Below, piece after piece: positions 57,910-60,000 of a DNA stretch of 60,000 nt. Origin of the DNA: Squalus acanthias. Taxonomy: Eukaryota. Where the stretch lies: contig CM059425.1 in NCBI GenBank assembly GCA_030390025.1, positions 174,718,001-174,778,000 of the forward strand. The letters are read 5' to 3'. Numbering within the stretch: position 1 is the first letter of the stretch; every line of letters begins with the position of its first letter. The position numbers and the translations under genes are program-made. The notes below the pieces were generated by a model that saw nothing but the letters and a program-made list of their open reading frames with translations, was not told the DNA's origin and made no database searches.

Positions 57910-58535
57910 TTGGTTCAGTTAGTAGCACTTGCACCTGAGTCAGAAGATTTTAGTTTAAGTTCCATTACAGCACTGAAGCACATAATCTAAGGCTGAAATT
58001 TCAGTGGAATGCTGAGGTAATGCTGCAAGACACAGATGCCATCTTTCAGATCAAACATTGAAGCAAGGCCACTTCTTCATGTTCTGATGATTCAAATGGA
58101 TGTAAAAAAATCCCACGGCACTATTTGAAGAAGAGTAATAAGTTGTCTTAGCCAGCATTCCTCCTTCAAATAAAACCACCAAAAACAGATTAACTGGTTA
58201 TTTATCTCATTTGCTGTTTGAGGGATCTTGCTGTGCGCAAGTTGGCTGCTGAGTTTGCCTACATTACAACAGTTATTGTACTTCAAAAGTACTTGATCGT
58301 ATGTGAAGTATTTTGGGTCGTTCCTCAAAAGTGATAAGGCGCAATGCAATGTTCCCTTTAATTTTTTTTTGAGTGCGCGGTCCCTTTAAGGAACTCCATG
58401 GCCCATTCAAAATACTGCGCATGCGCAGTTTATCCCATTTAAAAGCCGATGAGCCAACTGCGCGGTAGCTCCAGAGCACTGCGCAGCCGCACAGCTTAAA
58501 GTTAACATTGGCGCTATGTAAATGTAACTTATTCC
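57910..58535 (+). mobile_element. Deu-domain SINE with hAT MITE in its tail
   Basis: Homologous to 29270-30395. Confidence 0.8.
58347..58510. mobile_element. Short hAT MITE
   Basis: TIRs caatgttccctttaa / ttaaagttaacattg; duplication gcgcaatg / gcgctatg. Confidence 0.85.
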
Positions 58536-58883
58536 TGCCTCTCAAAATCTTGCTTTGTGTCTGAGTCCCACTATTTCATTGTTAATGTTCCATATATATG
58601 AGAGCTATCATAGTTCGCAGGAGTGTTTCTTTTGTTCTGTACGATATGCCTTAATCCTTGCAAATCTTGTTCTATATTTGTTGCCTTTTTCACTCGGGTC
58701 AGTTTCATTCTAATCTCTTCTGAACACAAGCTCTGTGACGCTGGAACCCAAATAGCAAAACTGGCTGACATGTTTGATTCTCCCTGCATTTATTAGTGTT
58801 TCACTCCTGTTGAGATCTTGCCACAGACTATTGCCTTTTATCCTTGGGGGTTCATTTTGAGTGACCGTTTGCCCATTAGTTTA

Positions 58884-59522
58884 ACATAGAAGATAGGAGC
58901 AGGAGTAGGCCATTCGGCCCCTCGAGCCTGTTCCGCCATTTAATAAGATCATGGCTGATCATTCAAATTCAGTACCCTGTCCCTGCTTTCTCCCCATATC
59001 CCTTTAGCCTTAAGAAATATATCTAACTCCTTCTTGAATATATTTAATGAATTGACCTCAACTGCCTTGAGTGGTAGAGAATTCTACAGGTTCACCACTC
59101 TCTGGGTGAAAAAATTCCTCCTCATCTCAGTCCTAAATGGCTTACCCCTTATCCTTAGACTGTGACCCCTGGTTCTGGACTTCCCCGCCATTGGGAACAT
59201 CCTTCCTGCATCTAGTCTGTCTAGCCCTGTTAGAATTTTATAAGTTTCAATGAGATCCCCTCTCATTCTTCTAAACTCTAGCGAATATAAGCCTAATCGA
59301 CCCAATCTCTCTTCATGCGTCATTCCTGCCATCCCAAGTATCAGTCTGGTGAATCTTCGCTGCACTCTCTCTATGGCAAGAACATCCTTCCTCAGATAAG
59401 GTGACCAAAACTGCACACAATACTCCAGGTGTGGTCTCACCAAGGCCCTGTACAACTGCAGCAAGACATCCTTGCTCCTGTACTCGAATCCTCTCGCTAT
59501 GAAGGCCAACATACCATTTGCC
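58884..59522 (-). mobile_element. CR1 LINE 3' part
   Basis: ANGMLAFIARG onward, 3' UTR. Confidence 0.93.
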
Positions 59523-60000
59523 TGTGGTTCTCTCTTATTTTTAATTATAAGTTCAACATCATCTGCATATCTTGGGTTATTATTCAAATTAACTTTGTTG
59601 TCTCTAAAGTACATTCATTTAGAGTTTTGTGCATTGCTTCCTCATTTCCTGGTCATGTCATCCCCATCTATTCCTCCTGTTGTCACTTCTGTTATTGCTA
59701 GTGTTCGGCATCATTTTCTGAACATCATGCAGAGTGCCAATTGTCAGCCTGTTACCAATTCCAATTCAAAAGATAATTTAACCCAGGAATAGATTTTCTT
59801 CAGTAGTGTGCTGGTATAGTGACCTACTGCTGTTTTGTGTCCTTGTGCTTTTGTGCCCTCTGGAGGGATTCAGTACATTGAGAGCTGGACTTAATTGTAA
59901 CATTTTGTTCATTTAATTACTTTCTTAATTTGCAAGTACTTGCTACCGTTTCAAACTACTCTTCCCAATTATCCATTAAGGGACCATTTGAAATCTTTGT

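Overview
Vertebrate genomic DNA, most likely intronic or intergenic sequence from a cartilaginous fish (inferred from the repeat repertoire only). Most of the window is transposon-derived: about 20 CR1-clade LINE pieces, L2 LINEs, a second CR1-group LINE with a tRNA-like head, Deu-domain and other tRNA-derived SINEs, hAT-type and Harbinger-type MITEs, and Penelope-like pLTR insertions. I could not identify a host protein-coding gene; only a few isolated splice-site-bounded exon candidates were seen. Most notable: (1) four minimal hammerhead ribozyme motifs in Penelope-like insertions, with compensatory base changes, one pair forming a 170-bp-arm palindrome; (2) two such insertions at essentially the same nucleotide of two different CR1 copies; (3) a tRNA-Ser(GCT)/Tx1 chimeric insertion; (4) one CR1 ORF2 split over about 16.5 kb by multi-level nested insertions; (5) a 1.9-kb element with terminal inverted repeats and a 10-bp target duplication, whose interior is a G-rich minisatellite.
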